A stretch of DNA of 64,000 bases from an uncultured Acidobacteriota bacterium (GTDB taxonomy: Bacteria; Acidobacteriota; Thermoanaerobaculia; Multivoradales; UBA5704): NCBI GenBank assembly GCA_963700145.1, contig OY969474.1, positions 1,408,001-1,472,000 on the forward strand. Reading direction: 5' to 3'. The notes under the pieces were generated by a model. That model worked only from the letters and a program-made list of their open reading frames with translations, made no database searches and was not told the origin of the DNA. Positions 1 through 8,137 of this stretch are shown piece after piece. Position 1 is the stretch's first letter; every line of letters starts with the position of its first letter. Both the position numbers and the translations under genes were made by a program.

Positions 1-1369
1 GACCCATACCCACTACATCGCCCGCGAGCTCGCGCAGCAGGTCGTCGTCCTCTTCGCTCGCGCCGAGGTCGACGGCGTCGGCGGTGGCTTCGGCGATGAG
101 GTCGGAGAGGACGTCTTCCGGCGGGTAGGGGGCGAGCGGCGGCACGGCGCGCACCGGCTGCGTGCCGGCGGCGAGGATGGACTCGACGGCGGCGGCGTAG
201 GCGGCGGCGGTTTGCTCGGCGCGGTGGTGGCGCTCGACGTGGCGGCGGCCGGCCTCTCCCATCGCGCGGCGCAGGACGGGGTCGGCGGCGAGGGCGTCGA
301 GGTAGGCGGCCAGGAGGTCCTCCTCGGTCTCGTCGGGCGGGACCTTGGCGACGGTGCCGTCGGGCAGCTCGGCGAACGAGCCGGCGTCGGTCACGACGAC
401 CGGCTTGCCCATCCCCAGGAGGCGGATCAGCGTCGCCGAGGTCTCGCCGGCGCTCGGCCAGCGGAGGTTGACCGCCAGGTCGGCCGCCGCCATGAAGCCG
501 AGGAAGTCGGCCAGCTCCGGCCGGCCGGCAAGGAGGACGCGCGGGCGGAGCGCCTCCGGCACCAGGGCGGGGACGTCGTAGTCCTTCGACACCTCGCCGA
601 CGACCAGGAAGTACGCCTGCGGGTGGCGCGCGGCGAGGCGCGCGAAGGCGCGGAGCGCCACGTCGAGGCGCTTGGCGCGGGTCATGTAGCCGAAGGCGGC
701 GATCAGCAGGGCGTCCGGGGGGACGCCGAGGCGGGCGCGGAGGGCGGCGGGGTCGCTCGCGGCGGGCGCGCCGGCGCTCTCACCATCGCCGCCGCTCCAG
801 GGGAACGGCACGGCGTGGACCTGCGCCCGCGGGCGGCTGGCGAGGACGCGCCGGCGGCTCGCCTCGCTGTGCACCAGGACGCCGAGGCTCGCGTCCACCG
901 CGCGCTCGAAGAGCGGGTAGCTCCAGACGTCGAAGCCGGTGCCGGTGTCGAGGCTGCGCTTGGCGAGGAGGTAGCCGCTGCGGCCGCTGCCGTAGCGGAC
1001 CTCGTCGAGGTAGGCGGCACGGTCGCCGGCCACCAGCGTCAGCTCGCGCACCATGTGGTGGAGCACCAGCTCGTGGAGGACGACGATCCCCGGCATCGCG
1101 GCGAGCGCGCGGTAGGCGCCGGCGTGGAAGTCGCCGTTGTTGCCGAGCTGGTAGAGGACGGCGTCGCAGACCGCGGCGCGTGCCGGCAGCTCGGCGAGCG
1201 GGTGGACGGGCGGCAGCGTGTCGAGGAGCGCGCGCGGCGGCCGCGGGCCGGGCTCGGCGAAGACCTCGATCTCGAAGTGCTGCGCCAGGTGCGGCAGCAG
1301 CTCGGCGCTGTAGTCGGCGATCCCCGAGGCGAGCGGCGGGAGCGGGGTGACGTAGGCGAGGCGGCGCAC
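1..1369 (-). CDS. Glycosyltransferase family 4 protein (3' end runs off the window)
   Basis: GTG at 1369 after AGGAG. Hand translation gives VRRLAYVTPLPPLASGIADYSAELLPHL at the start and ...DLLRELAGDVVGMG at the window edge, with GT-B features (VNLRWPSAGETSATLIRLLGMGKP). Not in the ORF track because there is no stop in the window. Confidence 0.85.
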   Translation of the reverse strand, partial: MRRLAYVTPLPPLASGIADYSAELLPHLAQHFEIEVFAEPGPRPPRALLDTLPPVHPLAELPARAAVCDAVLYQLGNNGDFHAGAYRALAAMPGIVVLHELVLHHMVRELTLVAGDRAAYLDEVRYGSGRSGYLLAKRSLDTGTGFDVWSYPLFERAVDASLGVLVHSEASRRRVLASRPRAQVHAVPFPWSGGDGESAGAPAASDPAALRARLGVPPDALLIAAFGYMTRAKRLDVALRAFARLAARHPQAYFLVVGEVSKDYDVPALVPEALRPRVLLAGRPELADFLGFMAAADLAVNLRWPSAGETSATLIRLLGMGKPVVVTDAGSFAELPDGTVAKVPPDETEEDLLAAYLDALAADPVLRRAMGEAGRRHVERHHRAEQTAAAYAAAVESILAAGTQPVRAVPPLAPYPPEDVLSDLIAEATADAVDLGASEEDDDLLRELAGDVVGMG

Positions 1370-1380
1370 GCGCGGCTCCT

Positions 1381-2421
1381 TCAGGCCGTCCCGAGCAGAC
1401 GCCCGATCACCGCGTCCCAGTGGATGTCGCCGACCGACCGCGCCCCCGCCTCCCCCAGCCGCCGCGCCTCCTCGCGGTGCTCGTAGAGCCGGTCGAGCCG
1501 GCGCGCCACCTCGGCCGGCGCGCCGGGCGGGCAGACAAAGCCGTTCTCGCCGTCGCGCACGAACTCCAGGATCCCGCCCGCGTCGGCCAGAGTGACGACC
1601 GGCTTGCCCGCCTGGAAGGCCTCGACGGTGACGTAGCCGTAGTCCTCGTCGTAGGGCGCGTAGTAGACGGCGAGGGCGCCGGCGTAGAGCTCCACCGCGC
1701 GGTCGTCGTCCACCCAGCCGAGCAGCTCGACGCGGTCCTCGACGCCGAGCTTCCCGATCAGCTCGGCGAGGTCGTCGCGCTCCGGCCCGTCGCCGGCGAT
1801 TTTGGCGCGGACGCCGCTCTTGACGTGCTGCATCGCCTTGATCAGCAGCTCGAAGCGCTTCATGCGGTTCAAGCGCCCGACGGTGAAGACGTAGTCGCCG
1901 AAGGGCCCGGGACGGAGGCGGCCGGTGAGCCGCGGCGGCGGGTAGAGGGCCTCGATCCGCATCCCGTTGTGCCGCTCGAGCCGGGCCGCGACGTTCTTCG
2001 AGATCGAGAAGACCCGCCGCGCCTCGGAGAGCGTGCGCGAATCCATGGCGCGCAGCATCGCCGTGACGTTGCGGTCGCGCGGCGTGTCGCGGAAGTCGCT
2101 GTAGCGGGTGCCCTGGAGGTCGTAGGCCTGGCGCAGCTGGTGAACCAGCCAGACGACCTTGTTCGGGTGCTTGACGAGGTAGGACGGGAAGCGGGTGGCG
2201 ATGACGAGGTCGATCTTCGCGCCGTCCACCTCGGTCAGGTCGAGGAGGCGCCAGGCGAGGCAGCTCTTGAAGAGCTGCGTGCGGTTCGGCCAGGTGAAGG
2301 GGAGCATCACCGTCTCGGCCTCGTGGCCGCGGGCGCGGAGCTGCTCGACGAGCGACTGGACCAGCAGCTCGGCGCCGCCGAAGGTGAACGGCACCTGCAC
2401 GCCGCAGACGCAGATCCTCAT
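1381..2421 (-). CDS. Glycosyltransferase family 4 protein
   Basis: GGAE N-terminal motif, VGRLNRMKR, and EDYGYVTVEA (EX7E motif). Confidence 0.93.
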   Translation of the reverse strand: MRICVCGVQVPFTFGGAELLVQSLVEQLRARGHEAETVMLPFTWPNRTQLFKSCLAWRLLDLTEVDGAKIDLVIATRFPSYLVKHPNKVVWLVHQLRQAYDLQGTRYSDFRDTPRDRNVTAMLRAMDSRTLSEARRVFSISKNVAARLERHNGMRIEALYPPPRLTGRLRPGPFGDYVFTVGRLNRMKRFELLIKAMQHVKSGVRAKIAGDGPERDDLAELIGKLGVEDRVELLGWVDDDRAVELYAGALAVYYAPYDEDYGYVTVEAFQAGKPVVTLADAGGILEFVRDGENGFVCPPGAPAEVARRLDRLYEHREEARRLGEAGARSVGDIHWDAVIGRLLGTA

Positions 2422-2861
2422 GCTGGAGGGGGCGGCGGTGGCACGCAGTCACCGCGGGCGCGGTCGTCGCGCTCGCGCTCGATCTCCTCGAGCTGCCGCA
2501 GCGCGCTCGCCAGCGCCTCGGCGAGCCGCGCCTGGTTGCCCGCCAGCTCGTGCAGGAGCTGGCTCGCCGCCTGGTTGAAGCGGTTCTGCCGCTGCAGGAC
2601 CGGCCGCGCGTACCACTTGAAGAGCAGGTGGAAGGCCGCCTTCTTGAGAAAGACGAGCGCCCCGCCGACGACCGGCCGCGGCGACACCGCGAGCGGCTCC
2701 TCGACGTACTCCAGGGTCTCGAGCTCCATGAGCCGCAGCTTCGTCTCCTCGCCGCCGGAGAGGGTGGCCAGCTCCGCCTGCCGCTGCCGAACACCGGCGC
2801 GGACGCGCTCCAGCATCTCGGCGACCTGGCGGTCGTCCGGAAGCGGCTCGCCGGCGGTCAA
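2418..2861 (-). CDS. Hypothetical coiled-coil protein of a glycan locus
   Basis: 147 aa. SPRPVVGGAL...KWYARPVLQRQNRFN resembles segments in polysaccharide-locus methyltransferases/chain terminators. 4-nt overlaps with both neighbours. Confidence 0.7.
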   Translation of the reverse strand: MTAGEPLPDDRQVAEMLERVRAGVRQRQAELATLSGGEETKLRLMELETLEYVEEPLAVSPRPVVGGALVFLKKAAFHLLFKWYARPVLQRQNRFNQAASQLLHELAGNQARLAEALASALRQLEEIERERDDRARGDCVPPPPPPA

Positions 2862-3235
2862 GTCGCGGGCTCCGTCTCCGGGGCCGGCCCGGGAGCCGCC
2901 TTCCGCCGGCGCGGCCGCGGGCCGCCGGTGCGCGGCCGGAAGCCGAACTGCAGCAGCTCCGGGCTCTTGGTGCCGAAGTGGCCGCGCAGCAGGTCGGCGA
3001 TGCGCTCCTTGACGTCCTGGCCTTGCGCCAAGACCTCGGCGCGGTCCGCGTTGACTTGGCGGAGCAGCGCCGTGACCCGGTTCTGCTCGACCTCCAGGGA
3101 CTTCGCCTGCCCAATGACTTCCGCAAGCTCCGCCCGCAAGGGCGCCAGGTGCGGCACCTCCCCGAGCAGCCCCTCGAGATTGCCGATCAGGGCCGACCAG
3201 TCTTTCAGCTGATCGCCGACCGTGCGGGTGACCAT
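2858..3235 (-). CDS. Small helical protein, repeat-array-associated family (copy A, 125 aa)
   Basis: ATG at 3235 with AGAGGAG RBS 7 nt upstream. MVTRTVGDQL...LRGHFGTKSPELLQFGFRPR. Aligns without gaps to 36924-37307. Confidence 0.85.
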   Translation of the reverse strand: MVTRTVGDQLKDWSALIGNLEGLLGEVPHLAPLRAELAEVIGQAKSLEVEQNRVTALLRQVNADRAEVLAQGQDVKERIADLLRGHFGTKSPELLQFGFRPRTGGPRPRRRKAAPGPAPETEPAT

Positions 3236-3261
3236 GGACTGACTCCTCTTGAGGCGTTCAG

Positions 3262-3500
3262 AACTCCGCCCGGAGCGGCCGGGTGGAGTTACCGGGCCCC
3301 CGGAACTCGACCCGAAGCGCTCGGGCGGAGTTACGAAGTGCCGAAAACTCAACCCGGAGCCTCCGGGCGGAGTTACGAGGCGCTGGTAACTCGACCCGAC
3401 GGCTCCGGGTGGAGTTAGGAGACGCTGATAACTCGACCCGAAGCGTCCGGGTGGAGTTAGGAAGCGCCGATAACTCGACCCGAAGCGTCCGGGCGGAGTT
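3262..3500. repeat. Tandem array: six 29-bp palindromic units with 13-bp spacers (42-bp period)
   Basis: Units AACTCnnCCCG-N7-CGGGYGGAGTT start at 3262, 3304, 3346, 3388, 3430 and 3472. Confidence 0.95.
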
Positions 3501-3788
3501 TTCAGCCTTTGGAAACTGCTCTCCGCCGCCGCGGGAACACCGCGGCGCCGCGCGCCCATTCCCTCGGGCGTCGAGGGAAAACCGCGCGCCATCTCCACCG
3601 GCTCGCCGAGTCTATCCCCACTGTCCCGCCCCTCCACGGAGACAGCTTGGATGCGTTGCTAGACTCGACTCACCGGCGGCACCTGAACCCTTGTTTGCGG
3701 CGCGCCGCACGAAGGCTGGCCACTCAATTGGCCGACCCGAACCGTCGCTACCTGCTGGCGGAGCTATGACAGGCTGTGACATCGAGCT

Positions 3789-4031
3789 ATGACAAAGCTA
3801 GCTCCGAAGCCGCGGCGCATCGTCATCGAGAAGGCGCCAAGGAACTTCTCGGCCTACTCACCGGACCTGCCTGGGTGTGTAGCCACCGGCGCCACGCGCG
3901 AAGAGACCGAGCGGCAAATGTATGAGGCCATCCGCCTCCACCTGGAAGGGATTGCCGAGGATGGAGAGCCGGTGCCCGAAGCCACGGCGGTGGCCGAATA
4001 CGTCGTCCTCCTGCCTGCTGAGCGTCAATGA
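3789..4031 (+). CDS. hicB: HicB-family antitoxin
   Basis: IVIEK...FSAYSPDLPGCVATGATREE...AIRLHLEG is the typical HicB N-terminal domain. Confidence 0.88.
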   Translation: MTKLAPKPRRIVIEKAPRNFSAYSPDLPGCVATGATREETERQMYEAIRLHLEGIAEDGEPVPEATAVAEYVVLLPAERQ

Positions 4032-4366
4032 AGCTTCCTACCGGCGGAGCAATCGTCGACGACGCCAAGATCCGCGACTATCTGCTTTCTCTCGAGCATC
4101 CGGTTGGCAGATTCAAGGCGGTGTTCTTCGGGATTCTCGGCTACCAACGAGAGGACTGGCAAAGGCTTCGACACGACTTGCTTGCGATCCTCGAAGTAGG
4201 GGACGCAGTCGCCAGGCCATCAAGAAGCTTCGGGCAGAAGTACGAGGTGCGTGGTACGCTTCGCGGGCCAACCGGACGACGTGCTGAAGTCGTCACCGTC
4301 TGGATCGTGCTGGCCGGCGAGAGATTCCCTCGCTTCGTCACCGCGGTTCCGGGTGAGACACCATGA
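4028..4366 (+). CDS. DUF6883-like protein (putative toxin/nuclease)
   Basis: AIVDDAKIRDYLL..EHPVGRFKAVFF...FGQKYEV...TVWI...PRFVTA. ATGA overlap with hicB. Confidence 0.75.
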   Translation: MKLPTGGAIVDDAKIRDYLLSLEHPVGRFKAVFFGILGYQREDWQRLRHDLLAILEVGDAVARPSRSFGQKYEVRGTLRGPTGRRAEVVTVWIVLAGERFPRFVTAVPGETP

Positions 4367-4599
4367 GATTCAAGGAGCTCGATACAGTCGTTCTGGACCG
4401 CGACCTCCCGGATCACGGTTTGCGGCAGGGCGATCTCGGGGCCATCGTCCAGGTCTATGAGCCGGATGGTGTGGAGGTCGAATTCGTGACCGCGTCGGGC
4501 CGGACGCAGGCGCTGGTCACTCTCACCCTAGGCGACATCCGCGGGGTGCGGGACGAGGACCTCATCGCAGTTCGCACGCTCGCGGCGGGCGCTGCCTAA
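4363..4599 (+). CDS. DUF4926 domain protein
   Basis: FKELDTVVLDRDLPDHGLRQGDLGAIVQVY...EVEF. ATGA overlap with the upstream gene. Confidence 0.85.
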   Translation: MRFKELDTVVLDRDLPDHGLRQGDLGAIVQVYEPDGVEVEFVTASGRTQALVTLTLGDIRGVRDEDLIAVRTLAAGAA

Positions 4600-4651
4600 G
4601 ACAACCCGGCTCAGGGGACTTACAACAGCATCCTCAGGCTGCCCTGAAGGG

Positions 4652-5257
4652 GTCGGCATCTTCCTGATCTTTCTCGCCGTCGTCGCGCTGGCCGCTTGCT
4701 CACACGACGAGCGCTCGGCGCCGACCGAACGGCAGCAGCTCGCGGCGTGGGCGGAGTACCGAAGCCTGAGCGAGCGCGCCCGTGCGGTCGGCGGCGATCC
4801 CGCGGTCCGCGGGGAGCTGGAGCGCTTCGTGGCGGAAACCGAGGAGCGCTACGGACTGACCGCCGCCGACCTGGCGCGGCTCGGCGCGACGCAGGGCGAG
4901 CGCTGGCTCGCGAGCGCCGCCTGCCGGCCGCCGGCGGGGCCGATCCGCATGCACGCGCTGGTCGTCGCGCCGCGGGCGGTGCGGCCGCTGCGGGCGGCCT
5001 ACACGCCGGCGGCGTGCGCCCGGGGCACCGAGGGGATCGCCATCCTGGAGCTGCGGCTGAGCCCGGCCGGCCGCGCCGACGCCGTCCGCGTCCTCCGCGG
5101 CCTCCCCGACGGGCTCACCGAGGCGGCGCGGGAGGCGGCCGCGGCCGCCCGCTGGCACCCGGCGCTTCTCTGCGGCAAGCCGGTGGCGGTCTACTACACC
5201 GTCACGGTGCCCTTCGACCTCTCGCAATCGGGCTGTCCTCGGCGCGCCGCCGCCTGA
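4652..5257 (+). CDS. TonB C-terminal-like lipoprotein (start codon uncertain)
   Basis: The C-terminus (AYTPAA...GTEGIAILELRLSPAGRADAVRVLRGLPDGLTEAAREAAAAARWHPALLCGKPVAVYYTVTVPF) is TonB_C-like. The same frame upstream of 4829 encodes VGIFLIFLAVVALAAC, a lipobox. Confidence 0.6.
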   Translation, partial: VGIFLIFLAVVALAACSHDERSAPTERQQLAAWAEYRSLSERARAVGGDPAVRGELERFVAETEERYGLTAADLARLGATQGERWLASAACRPPAGPIRMHALVVAPRAVRPLRAAYTPAACARGTEGIAILELRLSPAGRADAVRVLRGLPDGLTEAAREAAAAARWHPALLCGKPVAVYYTVTVPFDLSQSGCPRRAAA

Positions 5258-5258
5258 C

Positions 5259-5426
5259 ATGGGCGTTGGCGTCTGCGTCGCGGGCTTCTTCCTCCTCCTG
5301 GGGCTGCTCTGCCTGCTGCTGCCCGAGACCGTCGCCCTGTGGGGAACCTACGCGGACTCCCTGAACCGCGAGCGGTCGCGCAAGATCCTGGCGCTCTTTC
5401 CGCGCACGACCCGAGGAGTGAGATAA
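5259..5426 (+). CDS. Possible small membrane peptide (55 aa)
   Basis: ATG 5259 to TAA 5426; MGVGVCVAGFFLLLGLLCLLLPETVALWG; GC-biased third positions. Confidence 0.35.
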   Translation: MGVGVCVAGFFLLLGLLCLLLPETVALWGTYADSLNRERSRKILALFPRTTRGVR

Positions 5427-5460
5427 TTCAGGCCATCCGAACCAGACCGGAGGCCGAACA

Positions 5461-6324
5461 ATGAAGACGTCGCGAAGCGGTTGGGCGGCAGCCCTGGCGC
5501 TGCTGGCATTGCCCGGGTGCGCCTGGGCGTGGGGGCAGAACGGACACCGGATCGTCGGCGAGGTGGCGGACCGTCACCTGTCGGAGCAGGCGCGGCGGGA
5601 GATCGCGGTGATCCTCGAGGGCGACGGCATGGCGGAGGCCTCGACCTGGCCGGACGACATCCGGTCGGACCCGAGCCGCGACGCCGCCAAGCCCTGGCAC
5701 TTCATCTCGATCGACGACACCGAGACGCTGGCGACGACGGCGCGCGACCCCCTGGGCGACCTGCTCGAGGCGCTGCAGCGCTTCGAAGCGGTGCTGCGCG
5801 ACCCGCAGGCGACGCGGGAGACCAAGGCGGAGGCGCTGCGCTTCTACGTCCACTTCGTGGGCGACGCGCACCAGCCGCTGCACGTCGGGCGGCGCGCCGA
5901 CCGCGGAGGCAACTCCATCAGGGTCAAGTGGTTCCGGGAGCCGAGCAACCTACATTCGGTGTGGGACACGGGGCTGATCGAGTCGGAGAACCTGAGCTTC
6001 ACCGAGTTCACCCGCTTCATCGACGACCGCAGCCTGCGGCAGGTGGCCGCGTGGCAGGCCGCGTCGTACGAGGAGTGGGTGCGGGAGGCGTTCTGCCTGC
6101 GCGGCGCGGTGTACGACTTCGGCCGGGAGGCGCCGGCGACACCGGGGGCGGAGCCGGAGCTCGGCTTCGGCTACGCGTTCGCCAAGATGGGGATCGTCGA
6201 GGACCAGCTCGTCAAGGCCGGCGTGCGCCTGGCGGCCCGGCTCAACGCGGTCTTCGCCGGCGAGCCGGCGCCGCCCCCGCCGGCCGAGATCCCGCCGTCG
6301 CCGGACGCCTGGTGCGGGCGGTAG
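5461..6324 (+). CDS. S1/P1 nuclease
   Basis: Signal peptide, then WGQNGH, WPD, WHF, HFVGDAHQPLH, RGGN and NLHSVWD zinc motifs. Confidence 0.95.
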   Translation: MKTSRSGWAAALALLALPGCAWAWGQNGHRIVGEVADRHLSEQARREIAVILEGDGMAEASTWPDDIRSDPSRDAAKPWHFISIDDTETLATTARDPLGDLLEALQRFEAVLRDPQATRETKAEALRFYVHFVGDAHQPLHVGRRADRGGNSIRVKWFREPSNLHSVWDTGLIESENLSFTEFTRFIDDRSLRQVAAWQAASYEEWVREAFCLRGAVYDFGREAPATPGAEPELGFGYAFAKMGIVEDQLVKAGVRLAARLNAVFAGEPAPPPPAEIPPSPDAWCGR

Positions 6325-6331
6325 GGCCGGT

Positions 6332-8098
6332 TCACATCCCCTCGCCGGTGAAGTCGAGGAACGTCCCGAGGTACCGCAGATCCCCGCTCTTCGGGTCGCG
6401 GCGGGCGGGGACGATGCCGGCCGTGCTTTCCAGGGTGAAGCGGTAGTAGTACTCGGCCGGGGCGGTGGGGAGGAAGGCGCCGAGGTCGCGGGCGACGGGC
6501 TCGAGGCGCAGCTCGACGGGGGCGCCGAGGCGCTTGCCTTCGGTGTCGAAGCGGACGACAACGCGGTCGACGCCGCTGTCGAGGATCAGGGTGTTCTCGG
6601 GCGCGATCGAGCGGGCGGTGAAGCGCAGGGCGTCGAGCGGCTCGGTCGTCACCAGCACGACCTCCGAGCGCGAGGCGCCGCGCACCCAGACGCCGTGCGG
6701 GTGGCGCTCCTCGGCGAGGAAGTTGTGCTTCGGCGTGATCCAGATCGCGTCCCCCCAGCCGCGGATCCAGTAGCCCGGCACGCGGCCGTTGGCCAGGAGC
6801 GTCAGCTCGAGCGGCAGCGCCTGGAAGGTCGGCGAGCGGACGTGCGCCTGCAGCGTCGCCTCCGGCGCCACCTGGAGGAGCGGCACGGCGACGACCGAGG
6901 CGGTCCACAGGCCGGCGGCGGCGAAGGGGAGCGCCAGGCTTCGCCGCGCCCCCATCCGCGCCGGCAGGAAGAGCATCGCCGGGTAGACGCTGGCGAAGTA
7001 GCGGTTGCCGACGAAGCCGGCGCCGCCGTGGTAGTTGTAGGGCCTTAGCACGAGGATCAGCAGGCAGTAGGCGGCGGCCGCGGCGAGCAGCAGGTGGCGC
7101 GAGCGGTCGCGCGGCCCGCGCAGGTAGAGCGCCAGGGCGAAGAGGGCGAAGGGGAAGTAGGGCAGCAGGCCGGTGTGGCGGCCGGCGAAGAAGTAGCCCA
7201 GGTCGCGCGCGAAGACGCGCGGCGTTGTCTGCACGCCGAGCCCCGACCAGGAGCCGAAGCTGGTGCCGCGGTAGAGCTGCCAGAGGTCCTTGCGGCTCTC
7301 GACCGGGTACTCGCTCTCGAACGAGCGCCGCTGGACGTTGCGGTAGGGGCTCCAGGTGCCGGTCGCCCGCCACTGCACGCCGGCGAGGAGGAGGAGCGCG
7401 AGGAGGCTCGGTGCCGCCAGCCAGGCGAGCGCCTTCCACCGCCGCTGCCAGAGGAGGTCGAGGGCGATCGGCGCGCCGAGGAGCACCGTCGGCTCCTTCG
7501 ACACGAAGGCCGCGGCGAGGAGCGCGCCGGCGCCGGCCAGAAGCCAGTAGTCCCGCCGCCGCCACTCGACCCGCCGGCGCAGCGTCTGCCACAGCAGCAG
7601 CGGGAAGAAGAGGCAGGCCATGTTGAAGACCTCGGGCTGCATCCAGAAGACGTAGACGAAGGCCGCCGAGGCGAAGAAGAAGCCGCCCACCCACAAGCCC
7701 ACGTGGCCGGGCTCGCCGCGCAGGTACCAGACGGCGCCGGCCACCATCGCCAGCCAGAGCGCCATGTTGAAGACCAGGTGCCCCTGGACGCCGAAGAGGG
7801 CGTAGAAGGGCAGCGCCGCCGCCGAGTAGACGTAGGGCTTGCCGTAGTGCATCGAGCGGCCGCCGTCGGTGGTGAAGAGGATGACGCCGTAGGGGCCCTG
7901 GTCCCAGACCTGGTAGGCGCGCAGCAGGTCGCGGTGGTCGTAGGCGAGGTCGCGGTCGTGCCAGAGGCTCTGCGTCATCATGACGTAGGCCGCCTCGTCG
8001 GCGATCGGCCCGGGCGGGAAGTGGACCTTGTAGAGGGTGGCCGAGAGCCCGAGCAGCAGGAGGCCGAGCGAAAGGGCGTGGACGGAGCGCAGGCGCAT
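6332..8098 (-). CDS. Polytopic membrane protein, GT-C (ArnT/PMT-like) glycosyltransferase candidate
   Basis: Start MRLRSVHALS at 8098; PIADEAAY acidic motif after TM1; many TM segments; GNRYF motif. Confidence 0.7.
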   Translation of the reverse strand: MRLRSVHALSLGLLLLGLSATLYKVHFPPGPIADEAAYVMMTQSLWHDRDLAYDHRDLLRAYQVWDQGPYGVILFTTDGGRSMHYGKPYVYSAAALPFYALFGVQGHLVFNMALWLAMVAGAVWYLRGEPGHVGLWVGGFFFASAAFVYVFWMQPEVFNMACLFFPLLLWQTLRRRVEWRRRDYWLLAGAGALLAAAFVSKEPTVLLGAPIALDLLWQRRWKALAWLAAPSLLALLLLAGVQWRATGTWSPYRNVQRRSFESEYPVESRKDLWQLYRGTSFGSWSGLGVQTTPRVFARDLGYFFAGRHTGLLPYFPFALFALALYLRGPRDRSRHLLLAAAAAYCLLILVLRPYNYHGGAGFVGNRYFASVYPAMLFLPARMGARRSLALPFAAAGLWTASVVAVPLLQVAPEATLQAHVRSPTFQALPLELTLLANGRVPGYWIRGWGDAIWITPKHNFLAEERHPHGVWVRGASRSEVVLVTTEPLDALRFTARSIAPENTLILDSGVDRVVVRFDTEGKRLGAPVELRLEPVARDLGAFLPTAPAEYYYRFTLESTAGIVPARRDPKSGDLRYLGTFLDFTGEGM

Positions 8099-8137
8099 CG
8101 GGCGGAAGCTCGCGCGTAACGATACCCTGTGCCGAGC

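Noticed and set aside
212-1486. 424-aa plus-strand ORF and the many other long Arg/Ala/Gly-rich ORFs (e.g. 22040-25414, 55028-59350, 56503-59253)
   Set aside because: They are antisense or off-frame shadows of real genes, expected at this GC content, and carry no motifs.
3262-3500. CRISPR array
   Set aside because: Spacers are only 13 nt and resemble each other, repeat loops vary, and there are no cas genes in the window. Reported as a non-CRISPR array.
3236-3637. N-terminal extension of protein A (259-aa ORF)
   Set aside because: A strong RBS precedes ATG 3235 and paralog B aligns from residue 1 at that ATG. The extension is just the translated repeat.
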